Positions 12,904 to 25,584 of a DNA stretch of 64,000 nt are shown piece by piece. Made by a program: the position numbers and the translations under genes. This DNA comes from Acidimicrobiia bacterium. GTDB lineage: Bacteria > Actinomycetota > Acidimicrobiia > Acidimicrobiales > AC-14. The notes beneath the pieces were generated by a model. The model had not been told where the DNA came from. It saw only the letters and a list, made by a program, of their open reading frames with translations, and searched no databases. The stretch is taken from contig JAHFUR010000014.1 of the NCBI GenBank assembly GCA_023264995.1, positions 32,453-96,452 of the forward strand, written 5' to 3'. How positions within the stretch are numbered: position 1 is the stretch's first letter; the number at the start of each line of letters is the position of its first letter.

Positions 12904-14410
12904 GCGGGTCGGCCGCCCGGTCCTCGGGGTTGAGGTCCTCCAGCTCCTTGCCCGCGGTCTCGGGGTAGGCGGCCATGACCAGGACGGCCAGGAGCAGGGG
13001 GCCGGCGGCGAGGACCGACATGGCCGGGCCGATCCGCCCGAAGCGGTCGGCCAGCACGCCGCACAGGATGAGGCCGCCGGCGCTGCCCAGCAGGGACGAC
13101 ACGGCCACCAGCCCGTTGGCCCGGCCCCGCAGGCCGGTCGGGAACAGCTCGGGCCCGTAGACGCCCAGGGCGGGGATGGCGGCGGCCGAGATCACCGTGC
13201 CCACGGTGGCCACCACCCACATCGACCACCCGCCCAGGAAGAAGTACCCCAGCGTGCACAGGGTGCCGGCGCTCAGGGCCACGGCGGCCACCACCCGCCG
13301 GCCCCGGACGTCGGCGATGCGCCCGCCGGCGACGATGCCGATCACCGCCGGCGTACCGATCGTCACCGAGAGCAGGCCGATCCGTCCGCCGCTGAAGCCC
13401 CGCTCGTCGCGCAGGTACTGGTTGCCGAACTGCGAGCTGGGGGCGACGAACAGGTTGACCAGCACGCCCGACGCGGCCAGCAGCAGAAGACGCCCCCCGT
13501 GGCCGGCCATGGCCCCCGGCACGTGGGGGGCGGCGAAGCGCCGGCTCTCGGGCAGGTTGCGGCGCACGGCGGCGACGATCGGCAGCGCCAGCAGCGGGAT
13601 GACGTACAGCAGCCGCCACCCCCGCGTCCCCACGTCGGCCAGGCGCAGGGCGACGACGCACACGCCGGCGCCCAGGCCGCTCGACATGGCCAGCAGGCTG
13701 ACCGCGTACGCACGGGACCCGGCCGGCATCTCTTCGGCGGCGACGATCGTCACCAGCAGCAGGACCGCGGTCGAGAAGGCCCGGGCCAGGAGCTGGCTGA
13801 TGGTGAGCCAGGGCAGCGACGGGGCGACGGCGCCCGTCACCGCCAGCAGGCACCCGGCGACCGACGACCAGATGAGCACGGCCTTGCGGCCCCGCCGGTC
13901 GGCCTGGATCATCACGAAGAGGGCGACCAGGCCCCCGACGCGGACCACGCTGCCGGCCACGCCGAGGGCCGAGTTGCCGGCCCCGAACTCGTCGCCGGCG
14001 AAGGGGATGGTCTGGGTGAAGAGCGTATTGAGGTACCCGGAGGCGACGGTCAGGAGGGCGAGGGTGCCCAGGACGGAGGCGGCCCGGGCGTCGAGCCGGG
14101 CCGGCGGGGCCCACCAGGGCGCCCGGTCCGTGCCCGGCCGGGCCAGGGCCCGCTTGAAGGGCAGTAGGAACAGCCACCCGAAGTAGGGCACCGCCAGCCG
14201 GAAGTCCACCGTCTGGGTGATGGCGATGGCCGAGCCCGCCGCGGCGCCCGGCTTGACCTCGACGGTGCGCAGGTAGGACCGGACCGGCCCGGACTCGGCC
14301 TCGAAGCGGCCGCCGCCCAGGTCGCGCTCGAGCAGCAGGTCGGTACGGGGCTGGAGGATCTCGGCCAGGCCGGCGGCGTCGGTCTCCGATCGCACGACGA
14401 CACGGGCCAC
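12881..14410 (-). CDS. MFS transporter with ~110-aa N-terminal soluble extension
   Basis: 12 predicted hydrophobic segments. MFS loop motif ADRRGRKAVL and a second-half ADVRGRR. GTG start. The 3' end overlaps the convergent hydrolase by 23 nt. Confidence 0.8.
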   Translation of the reverse strand: MARVVVRSETDAAGLAEILQPRTDLLLERDLGGGRFEAESGPVRSYLRTVEVKPGAAAGSAIAITQTVDFRLAVPYFGWLFLLPFKRALARPGTDRAPWWAPPARLDARAASVLGTLALLTVASGYLNTLFTQTIPFAGDEFGAGNSALGVAGSVVRVGGLVALFVMIQADRRGRKAVLIWSSVAGCLLAVTGAVAPSLPWLTISQLLARAFSTAVLLLVTIVAAEEMPAGSRAYAVSLLAMSSGLGAGVCVVALRLADVGTRGWRLLYVIPLLALPIVAAVRRNLPESRRFAAPHVPGAMAGHGGRLLLLAASGVLVNLFVAPSSQFGNQYLRDERGFSGGRIGLLSVTIGTPAVIGIVAGGRIADVRGRRVVAAVALSAGTLCTLGYFFLGGWSMWVVATVGTVISAAAIPALGVYGPELFPTGLRGRANGLVAVSSLLGSAGGLILCGVLADRFGRIGPAMSVLAAGPLLLAVLVMAAYPETAGKELEDLNPEDRAADPLKGPLGP

Positions 14411-14471
14411 GGTCAGTCGAACTTAGCCGTCGGGAAGAAGCGCCCCGAGGCAGGGGTTGTACCCTCGTGAG

Positions 14472-14735
14472 ATGACGATGCACGAGCAGCTGATGGAGGC
14501 CATCGAGGTCATCCGTCCCGCGTTGCAGGCCGACGGCGGCGACATGACGCTGGTCGGGTTCGATGAGACGAGCGGGCGGGTGGAGATCGAGCTGGTCGGT
14601 GCGTGCGGGAGCTGCCCGGCGTCAACCATGACCCTGAAGGCCGGCATCGAGCGCATCTTGAAGGACCGGGTGCCCGGTGTCACCGAGATCGTCGCCGTCG
14701 GTACCGAGGACGCCCTCCTCGAAATCCGCCACTGA
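14472..14735 (+). CDS. NifU-like (Nfu C-terminal domain) Fe-S assembly protein
   Basis: ...IRPALQADGGDMTLVGFDETSGRVEIELVGACGSCPASTMTLKAGIERILK... (CxxC of the Nfu domain). Confidence 0.85.
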   Translation: MTMHEQLMEAIEVIRPALQADGGDMTLVGFDETSGRVEIELVGACGSCPASTMTLKAGIERILKDRVPGVTEIVAVGTEDALLEIRH

Positions 14736-14753
14736 CCCCTGGCGCCCCGCCGG

Positions 14754-17303
14754 CTACGGCGCCGGCGTGGTGTGGACGGCCCAGGCCACCCGGCCCAGCT
14801 CGGCGAACGTGGCCAGGTCGGGATGGTCGGGCACGATGCGCACGGTGAAGCCGTACCGGCCGGCGCGCTCGCAGGTGAACGACCCCTCGTAGCGGTGCGG
14901 CCCGCCGATCGGTGACCGCTCGTTGAGGGTCATGGTCACGATCGACGGTTCGATCATCTCGTCGGCCGGCCCGACGGCGCCGTGCACGAGCTGGACGTCG
15001 ACGTCGGCCGGGCTCAGGGTGCCGAGCACGACCTCGGCCGCCACCGCACGGTCCTGGCCCAGGTCGATGGCCAGGCTGTCACTGACGATGTCGCCGACGG
15101 ACACGCCGGCCCACCCGTCGACCACCTTCTTCTTCCAGGCCGAGAGAGCCTTGGCCCGGGCGTGGCCGCCGCCCAGCATGGCGTCGGCGCCGGCCGCGGC
15201 CGGCTCGTACATGTCCGACACGTAGTCACGCACCATGCGGCTGGCCGAGACTTCCGGGCCGAGGGTGCGCAGCGAATGGCGCACCCGCTGCACCCAGCGC
15301 TGGGGGGGCCGGCCGGGCGCCCGCTCGTAGAACAGGGGGACGATCTGGCGCTCGAGCAGGTCGAACAGGCTGGAGGCCTCGGCCTGGTCCCGCCGGTTGA
15401 GGTCGTCCCAGCCCTCGGTGGAGGCGATGGCCCAGCCGTTCTCGCCGTCGAAGTACTCGTCCCACCACCCGTCGCGGATCGAGCAGTTCAGGACCCCGTT
15501 GAGCGCGGCCTTCTCGCCGCTGGTGCCGCAGGCCTCCAGGGGCCGCCGGGGCGTGTTGAGCCACACGTCGCAGCCCTGGAGCAGCACCCGGGCCAGGGCC
15601 ATGTCGTAGTCCTCGAGGAACGCCACCCGGTGGCGCACGTCCTCCTGGCGCGACCACTGCACGACCTGGCGGATGAGGTCCTTGCCCAGGTCGTCGGCCG
15701 GGTGGGCCTTGCCGGCGAACAGGAGCTGGACGGGCTTGTCGGCGTCGAGCAGGAGCCGCTTCAGGCGTTCGCCGTCGGACAGCAGGAGGGCGGCCCGCTT
15801 GTACGGGGCGAAACGCCGGGCAAAGCCGATCGTCAGCACGCCCGGGTCGAAGGCCTCGTCGCACCAGGCGGCGTCGGGCTCGGACAGGCCCCGGTTGAGC
15901 GCCGATTCGTGCAGGCGCCGGCGCACGAAGGCCACCAGGCGCTCGCGGGCCTGCTGGCGGGCCCGCCACAGCTCGTCGTCGCCGGCGTCGTCGATGCGGG
16001 CCCACCGGTCGGGGCCGGCCTGGGCCCACTCGGGCAGGACGTGGCGGTCGAACAGGTCGCGCATCTCTGGCGAAACCCACGTCCGGGCGTGGACACCGTT
16101 GGTGACCGAACGGATCGGCAGCTCCTCCACCGGGACGTTGGGCCAGACGGGTGCGAAGATCTGGCGGCTGACCACCCCGTGCAGCTTGGACACGCCGTTC
16201 GACGACGCGGCCAGGCGCAGGCCCATGACGGCCATGTTGAAGGGGGCGTCCGGCGGCTCGCCGGGCTGGTGGCCGAGGGCCATCACCTCGTCGAAGGTCA
16301 CGTCGCACTCGGCGGCCCAGCTCGTGAAGTACTTCTCCATGAGCTGGCGGGGGAAGCGGTCCATGCCCGCCGGCACGGGCGTGTGGGTGGTGAAGACGGT
16401 GCCGGCCCGCACCGTCTCGATGGCCTGGTCGAAGGTGAGCCCGTCGTCGAGGATGGCCCGCCGGACCCGCTCCAAGCCGAGGAAGCCGGCGTGGCCCTCG
16501 TTGGAGTGGAAGACCTGGGCCTCGTGGCCGAGCTGCTCCAGCGCCCGCACCCCACCCACGCCGAGCAGGAGCTCCTGGCGCAACCGGTGCTCGCTGTCCC
16601 CGCCGTAGAGGCGGTCGGTGACGGTGCGGGCATCGTCGTCGTTCTCCTCGATGTCGGCGTCGAGGAGGTAGAGCGGCACTCGGCCGACCTTGGCCTGCCA
16701 GACCCGGGCCAGCAGCGGCGTACCGGCCAGGTCGACGAGCACGCGGACCCCGTCGACCGGAGCCAGGGCCATCACATGAGGGTCGAGGTCGACGTAGCGC
16801 TCCCGCTGCCACCCGTCGGCTTCCAGCTCCTGGCGGAAGTACCCCTGGTGGTAGAAGAGCCCGACGCCGACGAGCGGCACCCCCAGGTTGCTCGCCGCCT
16901 TCAGGTGGTCGCCGGCCAGCACGCCGAGGCCGCCGGAGTATTGCGGCAGGGCCTCGGCGATGCCGAACTCCGGCGAGAAGTAGGCCACCGAGCGCAACGG
17001 GCTCTCCCGGCCCTGGAACCAGCGGTCGACCTCGACCTCGCGGCGCAGGTCGTCGTGGACCTCGGCCATGAACGACAGGAACGCCCGGTCGGCCACCAGC
17101 GCATCGAGCCGGCGCCGGTCGACGACGGCCAGGAGGCGGATGGGGTCGTGGCCGCTGTGTTCCCATGCCTCGGGGTCGACCCAGCGGAAGAGATCCTGGG
17201 TCCGGTCGTCCCACGACCAGCGGAGGTTCATGGCCAGGGCCTGGAGGGGCAGCAGCCGCTCGGGGAGCCGGGGCTGGACGGTGAAACTGCGCAATGCCCT
17301 CAT
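14754..17303 (-). CDS. glgP: Alpha-glucan phosphorylase (GT35, GlgP-type)
   Basis: 849 aa. LAMNLRWSWD, AYFSPEFGI..LPQYSGGLGVLAGDHLKAAS, FTTHTPVPAG, and the PLP-site region CGTSGEKAALNG. Confidence 0.9.
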   Translation of the reverse strand: MRALRSFTVQPRLPERLLPLQALAMNLRWSWDDRTQDLFRWVDPEAWEHSGHDPIRLLAVVDRRRLDALVADRAFLSFMAEVHDDLRREVEVDRWFQGRESPLRSVAYFSPEFGIAEALPQYSGGLGVLAGDHLKAASNLGVPLVGVGLFYHQGYFRQELEADGWQRERYVDLDPHVMALAPVDGVRVLVDLAGTPLLARVWQAKVGRVPLYLLDADIEENDDDARTVTDRLYGGDSEHRLRQELLLGVGGVRALEQLGHEAQVFHSNEGHAGFLGLERVRRAILDDGLTFDQAIETVRAGTVFTTHTPVPAGMDRFPRQLMEKYFTSWAAECDVTFDEVMALGHQPGEPPDAPFNMAVMGLRLAASSNGVSKLHGVVSRQIFAPVWPNVPVEELPIRSVTNGVHARTWVSPEMRDLFDRHVLPEWAQAGPDRWARIDDAGDDELWRARQQARERLVAFVRRRLHESALNRGLSEPDAAWCDEAFDPGVLTIGFARRFAPYKRAALLLSDGERLKRLLLDADKPVQLLFAGKAHPADDLGKDLIRQVVQWSRQEDVRHRVAFLEDYDMALARVLLQGCDVWLNTPRRPLEACGTSGEKAALNGVLNCSIRDGWWDEYFDGENGWAIASTEGWDDLNRRDQAEASSLFDLLERQIVPLFYERAPGRPPQRWVQRVRHSLRTLGPEVSASRMVRDYVSDMYEPAAAGADAMLGGGHARAKALSAWKKKVVDGWAGVSVGDIVSDSLAIDLGQDRAVAAEVVLGTLSPADVDVQLVHGAVGPADEMIEPSIVTMTLNERSPIGGPHRYEGSFTCERAGRYGFTVRIVPDHPDLATFAELGRVAWAVHTTPAP

Positions 17304-17391
17304 CGCCTGGGAACGCTAGCGGGTGTCCCAGTGCCCGCCGTGCGGCGGCGCCGGGTGTGCAAGGGAAGCGAAACCCGGGTACACCTTCGGC

Positions 17392-19208
17392 GTGATCGGT
17401 CGCATCATCATCGACGCCCCGCGTCCCCGTACGCCCGGTGGCCACCCGGCCAAGGCGGCCATCAACGCCCCCCTGCGCCTCTCGGCCGACATCTACCGGG
17501 ACGGCCACGACATCCTGGCCGCCCGGGTGCGCTGGCGCCGGTGCGGCACTGCCGCGTGGCTCGAGGTGCCGATGGCCGAGGTCAACAACGACCGGTGGGA
17601 CGCCGTGGTCGAGCCCGTGAAGATCGGCTTGCACGAGTATGTCGTCGAGGCGTGGACGGACCGGTTGGCCACCCTGGCCCACGACATCGAGGTGAAAGAG
17701 GCGGCTGGCGTCCCGGTCGATGTCGAGCTGGCGGAGGTGGCCCTGGAGGAGCAGGCCCAGGCCGCGGGCGCAGTGCCGGCGGACTTCACGACCGCCGGCC
17801 CGTTCCCCGTATGGGTCGATCGCGACCGAGCCGTCTTCAGTGCCTGGTACGAGCTGTTCCCCCGCTCCGAGGGAGGGTTCGCCCGGGCGGCGGAGGAGCG
17901 CCTGCCCGACGTGGCGGCCATGGGGTTCGACGTCGTGTACCTGCCGCCGATCCACCCCATCGGCCGGTCGCACCGCAAGGGGCCGAACAACACGCTCGTC
18001 GCCGGCCCGGACGACCCCGGGAGCCCGTGGGCCATCGGCAACGAGCTGGGGGGCCACACGGCCGTCGAGCCGAGCCTGGGCACGGTCGCCGAGTTCGACG
18101 CCTTCGTCGCCGCCGCGGAGGCGTTGGGCATGGAGGTTGCCCTCGACTACGCCCTTCAGTGCTCGCCCGACCACCCCTGGGTCACCGAGCACCCGGAGTG
18201 GTTCCACCACCGGCCCGACGGCACCATCAAGTACGCCGAGAACCCGCCCAAGAAGTACCAGGACATCTACCCGATCAACTTCTGGCCGGCGGACGACGCC
18301 GACCGCGTCGCGCTGTGGCAGGCGTGCAAGGACGTGCTCGACCACTGGATCAGCCACGGCATCCGTATCTTCCGGGTCGACAACCCCCACACCAAGCCGT
18401 TGGCCTTCTGGGAGTGGGTCATCCCCGAGGTGCAGCGCGAGCACCCCGAGACGCTGTTCCTCGCCGAGGCGTTCACCCGGCCGAAGATGATGGCCAAGCT
18501 GGCCGAAGTCGGGTTCAGCCAGGGGTACACGTACTTCACGTGGCGCACCACCTCCGCCGAGCTGGAGGAGTACCTGGAGGAGCTCAGCCAGGGCCCGACC
18601 GCCGACTACATGCGGCCCAACTTCTGGCCGAACACGCCCGACATCCTGGGCGGGCCGCTGCGCAACGGGCCACCCGCGGCCTTCCGCCTGCGCCTCTTCC
18701 TGGCCGCCACCATGGTGCCGAGCTACGGGGTCTATTCCGGCTACGAGCTGTGCGAGAACGAGCCGGCGTCGCCGGCCAACGAGGAGTACCTCAACTCCGA
18801 GAAGTACGAGATCAAGCACCGCGACTGGGGGAGCGCCGGTTCGCTGGCGCCGTTCGTGACCCGCCTCAACGACATCCGCCGGCGCCACCCGGCGTTCGCC
18901 GAGCTGGGCAACATCACGTTCCACAAGGCGAACTACGAGGGCATCCTGGTGTGGTCGAAGGTGTCGGGAGACGACCGGATGCTCATGGTGGCCAACCTCG
19001 ACCCCCTGGCCTTCCACGAGGACACGGTCACCCTCGACCTGGAGGTGCTCGACCTCCCTGCCGACGGCCCTGTGCGGGTGGTCGACGAGCTCACCGGCGC
19101 CGAGTGGATCTGGTACGGCCCGACCCAGTACATCCGGCTCGACCCGGCCGTCCAGCCCGGCCACGTCCTGCACCTGACCCCGCTGACGGCGCCGGCCGAG
19201 GTGGTCAA

Positions 19209-19212
<4 letters not shown>
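17392..19212 (+). CDS. glgE: Alpha-1,4-glucan:maltose-1-phosphate maltosyltransferase
   Basis: VIGRIIIDAPRP..GGHPAKA.., ..AWYELFPRS.., GFDVVYLPPIHPIG.., IRIFRVDNPHTKP.., FLAEAFTRPKMM. An alternative upstream start exists at 17323. Confidence 0.9.
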
Positions 19213-20863
<1,651 letters not shown>

Positions 20864-20864
<1 letters not shown>

Positions 20865-22210
20865 TGGTCGACGTCCCGGCCTTGCTGCCGGCGCTCGCCG
20901 CGTGGATGCCCCGTCAGCGCTGGTACGCCGGGCACGACGCGCCGGCGTCGCTGACGATCGTCGACCAGGAGATCCGGGGTGACCGCTTCCCGGTCCTGGT
21001 GCGGCTCCTGCTGGAGGCCGACGCGTCGGTGTACCAGGTGGTCGTCGGCCTGCGCGGCCGGGACGAGCACCCGGAGTTCCTCCGGGGCCACGACCAGGCC
21101 TTCATCGCCGACGTCGGCACCGACCAGGGCGACGCCATCGCCTACGACGCCGTGTACGACCCCGAGCTGGCCCTGGCCATCCTCTTCGCGACCGCCCCGG
21201 GCGAGACGGCCGAGCGGGCCCGCCTCGTCGGTGCCGAGCAGTCGAACAGCTCGCTGGTCTTCGACGAGCGCCTCATCCTCAAGCTGTTCCGGCGGGTCCA
21301 GCGCGGTCGTAACCCCGAGGTCGAGGTCACCGAGGCGCTGGCCGCCCAGGGGTTCACCTGCGTCGCCGCGCCGCTGGCCACCCAGCGCTCGGGCCACTTC
21401 GACCTGGCCGTTCTCCAGCCCTTCCTCGCCGGCGCCACCGAGGGCTGGGCGCTCGCCCTCACCTCGCTGCGCGACCTGTTCGGCATGCATGACACGGCAT
21501 CGGTCCCGATCATCACTGCCGACACCCCGCCGCCAGCGTTCGACCCGAGCCAGGCCGGCGGCGACTTCTCGGGCGAGGCCGCCCGCCTGGGCGCCATGAC
21601 CGGCGGCATGCACGTCGCCCTGGCCGACGCGTTCGGGCGCCACCCCGCCGACGGGGGGGCGTGGGCCGCGTCGATCGCGGCCCAGGTCGACGCGCTGGAG
21701 CCGGGCGACGTCGACCCCGCCGGCGTCGGTGCCATCCTCGACCGGCTGGACGGCATCGACGCCGGCGCCGCCGTCCGTGTCCACGGCGACTACCACCTCG
21801 GCCAGGTGCTCCGCACCGACGCCGGGTGGTACGTGCTCGACTTCGAGGGCGAGCCGGCCCGGCCCATCGAGGACCGCCGCCGGCCGGCGTCGCCGCTCAA
21901 GGACGTGGCCGGGATGCTGCGGTCGTTCCACTACGCCTCGGCCGTCGCCCGCACCGAGCGCGACGAAGGTTCCCTCGACGACCTGGCCGCGGCGTGGGAG
22001 GACCGCAACCGCCGGGCCTTCCTGCGGGGCTACCTGGAGGGCGCCGGGCCGGCCGGGATCCTGCCGCCCGACCCGGGCGACCTCGCTGCGGTCCTGGCCG
22101 CGTTCGAGCTCGAGAAGGCCATCTACGAGCTCGGGTACGAGCATGCGTTCCGCCCTGATTGGGTACACATCCCCAGGGGGGCATTGCGACGACTGACGGA
22201 GGCGCGTTGA
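20864..22210 (+). CDS. mak: Maltokinase (Pep2/Mak)
   Basis: ...MPRQRWYAG..., [55 protein letters not shown]. Separate from treS (ATGA-type overlap), not fused. Confidence 0.85.
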
Positions 22211-22224
22211 GCGCAGCGACCACG

Positions 22225-24357
22225 ATGGACCTCGACGCCCTGGCCGGTGGGACCGAGAGCGACCCGCACCGCCTTCTCGGCCCGCATGGCGACGCGGTAC
22301 GGGCGTGGCGGCCCGACGCGACAGCCGTCACGCTCGTCGTCGGCACGAAGCGGATCCCGATGGTGCAGGAGCACGCCGCCGGCGTGTTCGTGGCCACGGG
22401 CGTGGACCTGCCCGCGGCCGGCGGCGCCGACTACCGCTTCGACGTCACCTACGCCGGCGGCGACACCTGGCTGGTCGACGACCCGTACCGCTTCTGGCCG
22501 ACCCTGGGCGATGTCGACCTCTACCTGCTGGGCGAGGGCCGCCACGAGCGCCTGTGGCACCGCCTCGGGGCTCGGCCCATCGTGCACCAGGGTGTCGCCG
22601 GCACCGCGTTCGCGGTGTGGGCGCCCGGCGCCCGCAGCGTGCGGGTGGTGGGCGACTGCAACAGCTGGGACGGCCGCCAGCACCCGATGCGCACCATCGG
22701 TTCCTCCGGCGTCTGGGAGCTCTTCATCCCCGGCGTCGGCCACGGCTCCCGGTACAAGTACGAGATCCTCACCGGCGCCGGCGACATCACCCTCAAGGCC
22801 GACCCGCTGGCGACGGCGGCCGAGGCGCCGCCGAGCACGGCCAGCGTCGTGTTCCAGTCGACCCACCAGTGGGGCGACGACGAGTGGTTGGAGCGCCGGC
22901 GCACGACCAACCCCTGGACGGGCCCGATGTCGGTCTACGAGTGCCACTTCGCGTCGTGGCGCCACGTGCCCGAGGACGGCGACCGGCCGCTCACCTACCG
23001 AGAGATGGCCGACCACCTGCCGGCGTACCTCGTGCACATGGGCTTCACCCACGTGGAGTTCCTGCCCCTGGCCGAGCACCCCTTCGGCGGTTCGTGGGGC
23101 TACCAGGTCACGTCGTACTACGCGCCCACCGCCCGCTTCGGCACCCCCGACGACTTCCGCTACCTCGTCGACGCCCTCCACCAGGCCGGCATCGGCGTCA
23201 TCGTCGACTGGGTGCCGGCCCACTTCCCGAAGGACGGCTTCGCGCTGGCCCGCTTCGACGGCACCGCGCTCTACGAGCATGCCGACCCCCGCCAGGGCGA
23301 GCACCCCGACTGGGGCACGCTGGTGTTCAACTTCGGCCGCCACGAGGTCCGCAACTTCCTGCTGGCCAACGCCCTGTACTGGATCGAGGAGCTCCACGTC
23401 GACGGCCTGCGGGTGGATGCCGTGGCCTCGATGCTCTACCTGGACTACTCCCGCGACGCCGGGGAGTGGGTCCCCAACAAGTACGGCGGGCGGGAGAACC
23501 TGGAGGCCGTCGACTTCCTGCGCCAGCTCAACACCGTGGTGCACGCCGAGTGCCCGGGGGCGTTGACGATCGCCGAGGAGTCGACGTCGTGGCCGGGCGT
23601 GTCCCGCCCCGTGTACCTGGGCGGCCTCGGGTTCGGGTTCAAGTGGAACATGGGCTGGATGCACGACACCCTCACCTACTTCTCCAAGGACACCGTGTAC
23701 CGCCGGCACCACCACCAGCAGCTCACCTTCGGGCTGCTGTACGCCTTCTCCGAGAACTTCGTGCTGCCCATCTCCCACGACGAAGTGGTGTACGGCAAGG
23801 GCTCGCTCCTCGCCAAGATGCCGGGGGACAAGGGGTCGAAGCTGGCCAACGTGCGGGCCATGCTGGCCTGGATGTGGGCCCACCCCGGCAAGCAGCTCCT
23901 GTTCATGGGCTGCGAGATCGCCCAGGAGCGGGAGTGGTCCCACGACCACAGCCTGGACTGGGACCTGCTGGGCGACGCCGGCCACCGCAGCGTGCAGGAG
24001 CTCGTGGCCGCCATGAACCGCATCTACCGCGACGAGCCGGCCCTGTGGGAGGTCGACTTCGCCGGCGCCGGCTTCGAGTGGATCGACGCCAACGACGCCG
24101 ACCAGAACGTGCTGTCCTTCTGCCGGTACTCCGCCGGCGGGGCACGCACGCTGGCGTGCATCGCCAACCTGTCGGGCATCGACCGGCCCGGCTACCGCAT
24201 CGGCCTGCCCCGGGCCGGCGCATGGGAGGCGGTGCTCGACACCACCCTGGCCAACGGCGGCCAGCGCTGGACCGACCCGGTCCCCTGGCACGGCTTCGAG
24301 CAGTCGGCCACGCTCGACCTGCCGTCGCTCAGCGTCGTCTGGCTGGCGCACCACTGA
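22225..24357 (+). CDS. glgB: 1,4-alpha-glucan branching enzyme
   Basis: [20 protein letters not shown]-like CBM48, [43 protein letters not shown]. The start could also be TTG 22207, which overlaps the mak stop. Confidence 0.95.
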   Translation: MDLDALAGGTESDPHRLLGPHGDAVRAWRPDATAVTLVVGTKRIPMVQEHAAGVFVATGVDLPAAGGADYRFDVTYAGGDTWLVDDPYRFWPTLGDVDLYLLGEGRHERLWHRLGARPIVHQGVAGTAFAVWAPGARSVRVVGDCNSWDGRQHPMRTIGSSGVWELFIPGVGHGSRYKYEILTGAGDITLKADPLATAAEAPPSTASVVFQSTHQWGDDEWLERRRTTNPWTGPMSVYECHFASWRHVPEDGDRPLTYREMADHLPAYLVHMGFTHVEFLPLAEHPFGGSWGYQVTSYYAPTARFGTPDDFRYLVDALHQAGIGVIVDWVPAHFPKDGFALARFDGTALYEHADPRQGEHPDWGTLVFNFGRHEVRNFLLANALYWIEELHVDGLRVDAVASMLYLDYSRDAGEWVPNKYGGRENLEAVDFLRQLNTVVHAECPGALTIAEESTSWPGVSRPVYLGGLGFGFKWNMGWMHDTLTYFSKDTVYRRHHHQQLTFGLLYAFSENFVLPISHDEVVYGKGSLLAKMPGDKGSKLANVRAMLAWMWAHPGKQLLFMGCEIAQEREWSHDHSLDWDLLGDAGHRSVQELVAAMNRIYRDEPALWEVDFAGAGFEWIDANDADQNVLSFCRYSAGGARTLACIANLSGIDRPGYRIGLPRAGAWEAVLDTTLANGGQRWTDPVPWHGFEQSATLDLPSLSVVWLAHH

Positions 24358-24365
24358 ACTGCTCG

Positions 24366-24413
24366 AACTGGTGACGGATCTGTGGGTCACAACCCCCAGA
24401 TCGGTCACCAGTT
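24366..24413. repeat. Imperfect 17-nt inverted repeat, one member of a dispersed palindromic element family, 3' of glgB
   Basis: AACTGGTGACGGATCTG (24366-82) / CAGATCGGTCACCAGTT (24397-413), one mismatch. Related copies are at 43224-43271 and 51869-51925. A second GC hairpin GGCGCCGGC/GCCGGCGCC lies at 24420-24446. Confidence 0.65.
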
Positions 24414-24459
24414 GCGGGGGGCGCCGGCGTAATTCCAGCCGGCGCCTACCCTAAGACCT

Positions 24460-25584
24460 ATGCCTGCGTACCTCGACAACGCCGCCACCACCCCTATGCG
24501 CCCCGAGGCCGTCGAGGCCATGCTGCCCTTCCTGAGCGATCGGTTCGGCAACCCGTCGGGGGCCCACGCCGTCTCCCGGGAGGCCCGCAAGGCCCTCGAC
24601 GACGCCCGTGACACCGTCGCCCACCACCTCGGCGCCCGGCCGGCGGAGATCGTCTTCACCGGCAGCGGCACCGAGGCCGACAACCTGGCCGTCCTGGGCG
24701 GGGCCGCCGCCCGGCCGGGGCCGACGGTCTGCTCGGCCATCGAGCACCACGCCGTCCTCCACGCCTGCGACGCGCTGGGCGACAACCGGGTCGTGGCGGT
24801 CGACGCCGCCGGCGTCATCGACCTCGACCGGCTGGCCGCGCTCCTCGACCCGACCGTGTCGGTGGTCTCGGTCATGCTGGCCAACAACGAGGTCGGGACG
24901 ATCGAGCCCCTGGCCGAGGTTGCTGCCCTGGTGCGCGAGCTGGCCCCCCAGGCCGTGCTGCACACCGACGCCGTGCAGGCGTTCAGCTGGCTCGACGTCG
25001 CTGCGCTGGCCGCACCGGCCGATCTGGTGGCGGTCAGCGCCCACAAGTTCGGCGGGCCCAAGGGCGTGGGCGCCCTGGTGGTCCGCCAGGGTGTCACCGT
25101 GCGGCCGATCATCCATGGCGGCGGGCAGGAGCGCGACCGGCGCAGCGGCACCCACAACGTCGCCGGCATCGTGGCGATGGCCGCGGCCATGCACGCCACC
25201 GTCGAGAGCCGCGACGCCACTGTCGACCGGGTGAGGGCGCTGCGCGACCGGCTGGCCGACGGGCTGGTCGCCGGCGTGCCCGGCTGCACGGAGACCGGCA
25301 ACCGAGCCACCAAGATCGCCGGCAACTGCCACCTGTCCTTCGACGGGGTTGAGTCCGAGGAGCTGCTCGTCCTCCTCGACGCGGCCGGCGTGTACGCGTC
25401 GGCCGGGTCGGCGTGCGCCAGCGGCGCCGTCGACCCCAGCCATGTGCTGGCCGCCATGGGGATGACGCGGGCCCAGGCCGTCGGGTCGCTCCGCCTGTCG
25501 CTGGGCGCGGGCACCACCGATGCCGACGTCGACCTGGCCCTCGACGTCGTCCCGGCTGCGGTGGCCCGCCTCAGAACGGGATGA
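24460..25584 (+). CDS. iscS: Cysteine desulfurase (class V aminotransferase, IscS/NifS-type)
   Basis: YLDNAATTP, FTGSGTEADN, SAHKFGGPKGVGAL (PLP lysine), RSGTHNV, SAGSACASG (catalytic Cys). Paired with mnmA as in other actinobacteria. Confidence 0.9.
   Translation: MPAYLDNAATTPMRPEAVEAMLPFLSDRFGNPSGAHAVSREARKALDDARDTVAHHLGARPAEIVFTGSGTEADNLAVLGGAAARPGPTVCSAIEHHAVLHACDALGDNRVVAVDAAGVIDLDRLAALLDPTVSVVSVMLANNEVGTIEPLAEVAALVRELAPQAVLHTDAVQAFSWLDVAALAAPADLVAVSAHKFGGPKGVGALVVRQGVTVRPIIHGGGQERDRRSGTHNVAGIVAMAAAMHATVESRDATVDRVRALRDRLADGLVAGVPGCTETGNRATKIAGNCHLSFDGVESEELLVLLDAAGVYASAGSACASGAVDPSHVLAAMGMTRAQAVGSLRLSLGAGTTDADVDLALDVVPAAVARLRTG

Noticed and set aside
14982-19208. First ~1400 codons of the 1960-aa + strand ORF, and the 1331-aa minus ORF 15226-19221
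   Set aside because: They lie antisense to glgP or out of frame with glgE. Only the last 551 codons (from ATG 19209) have TreS motifs. The rest is Arg/Pro/Gly-rich low-complexity translation.
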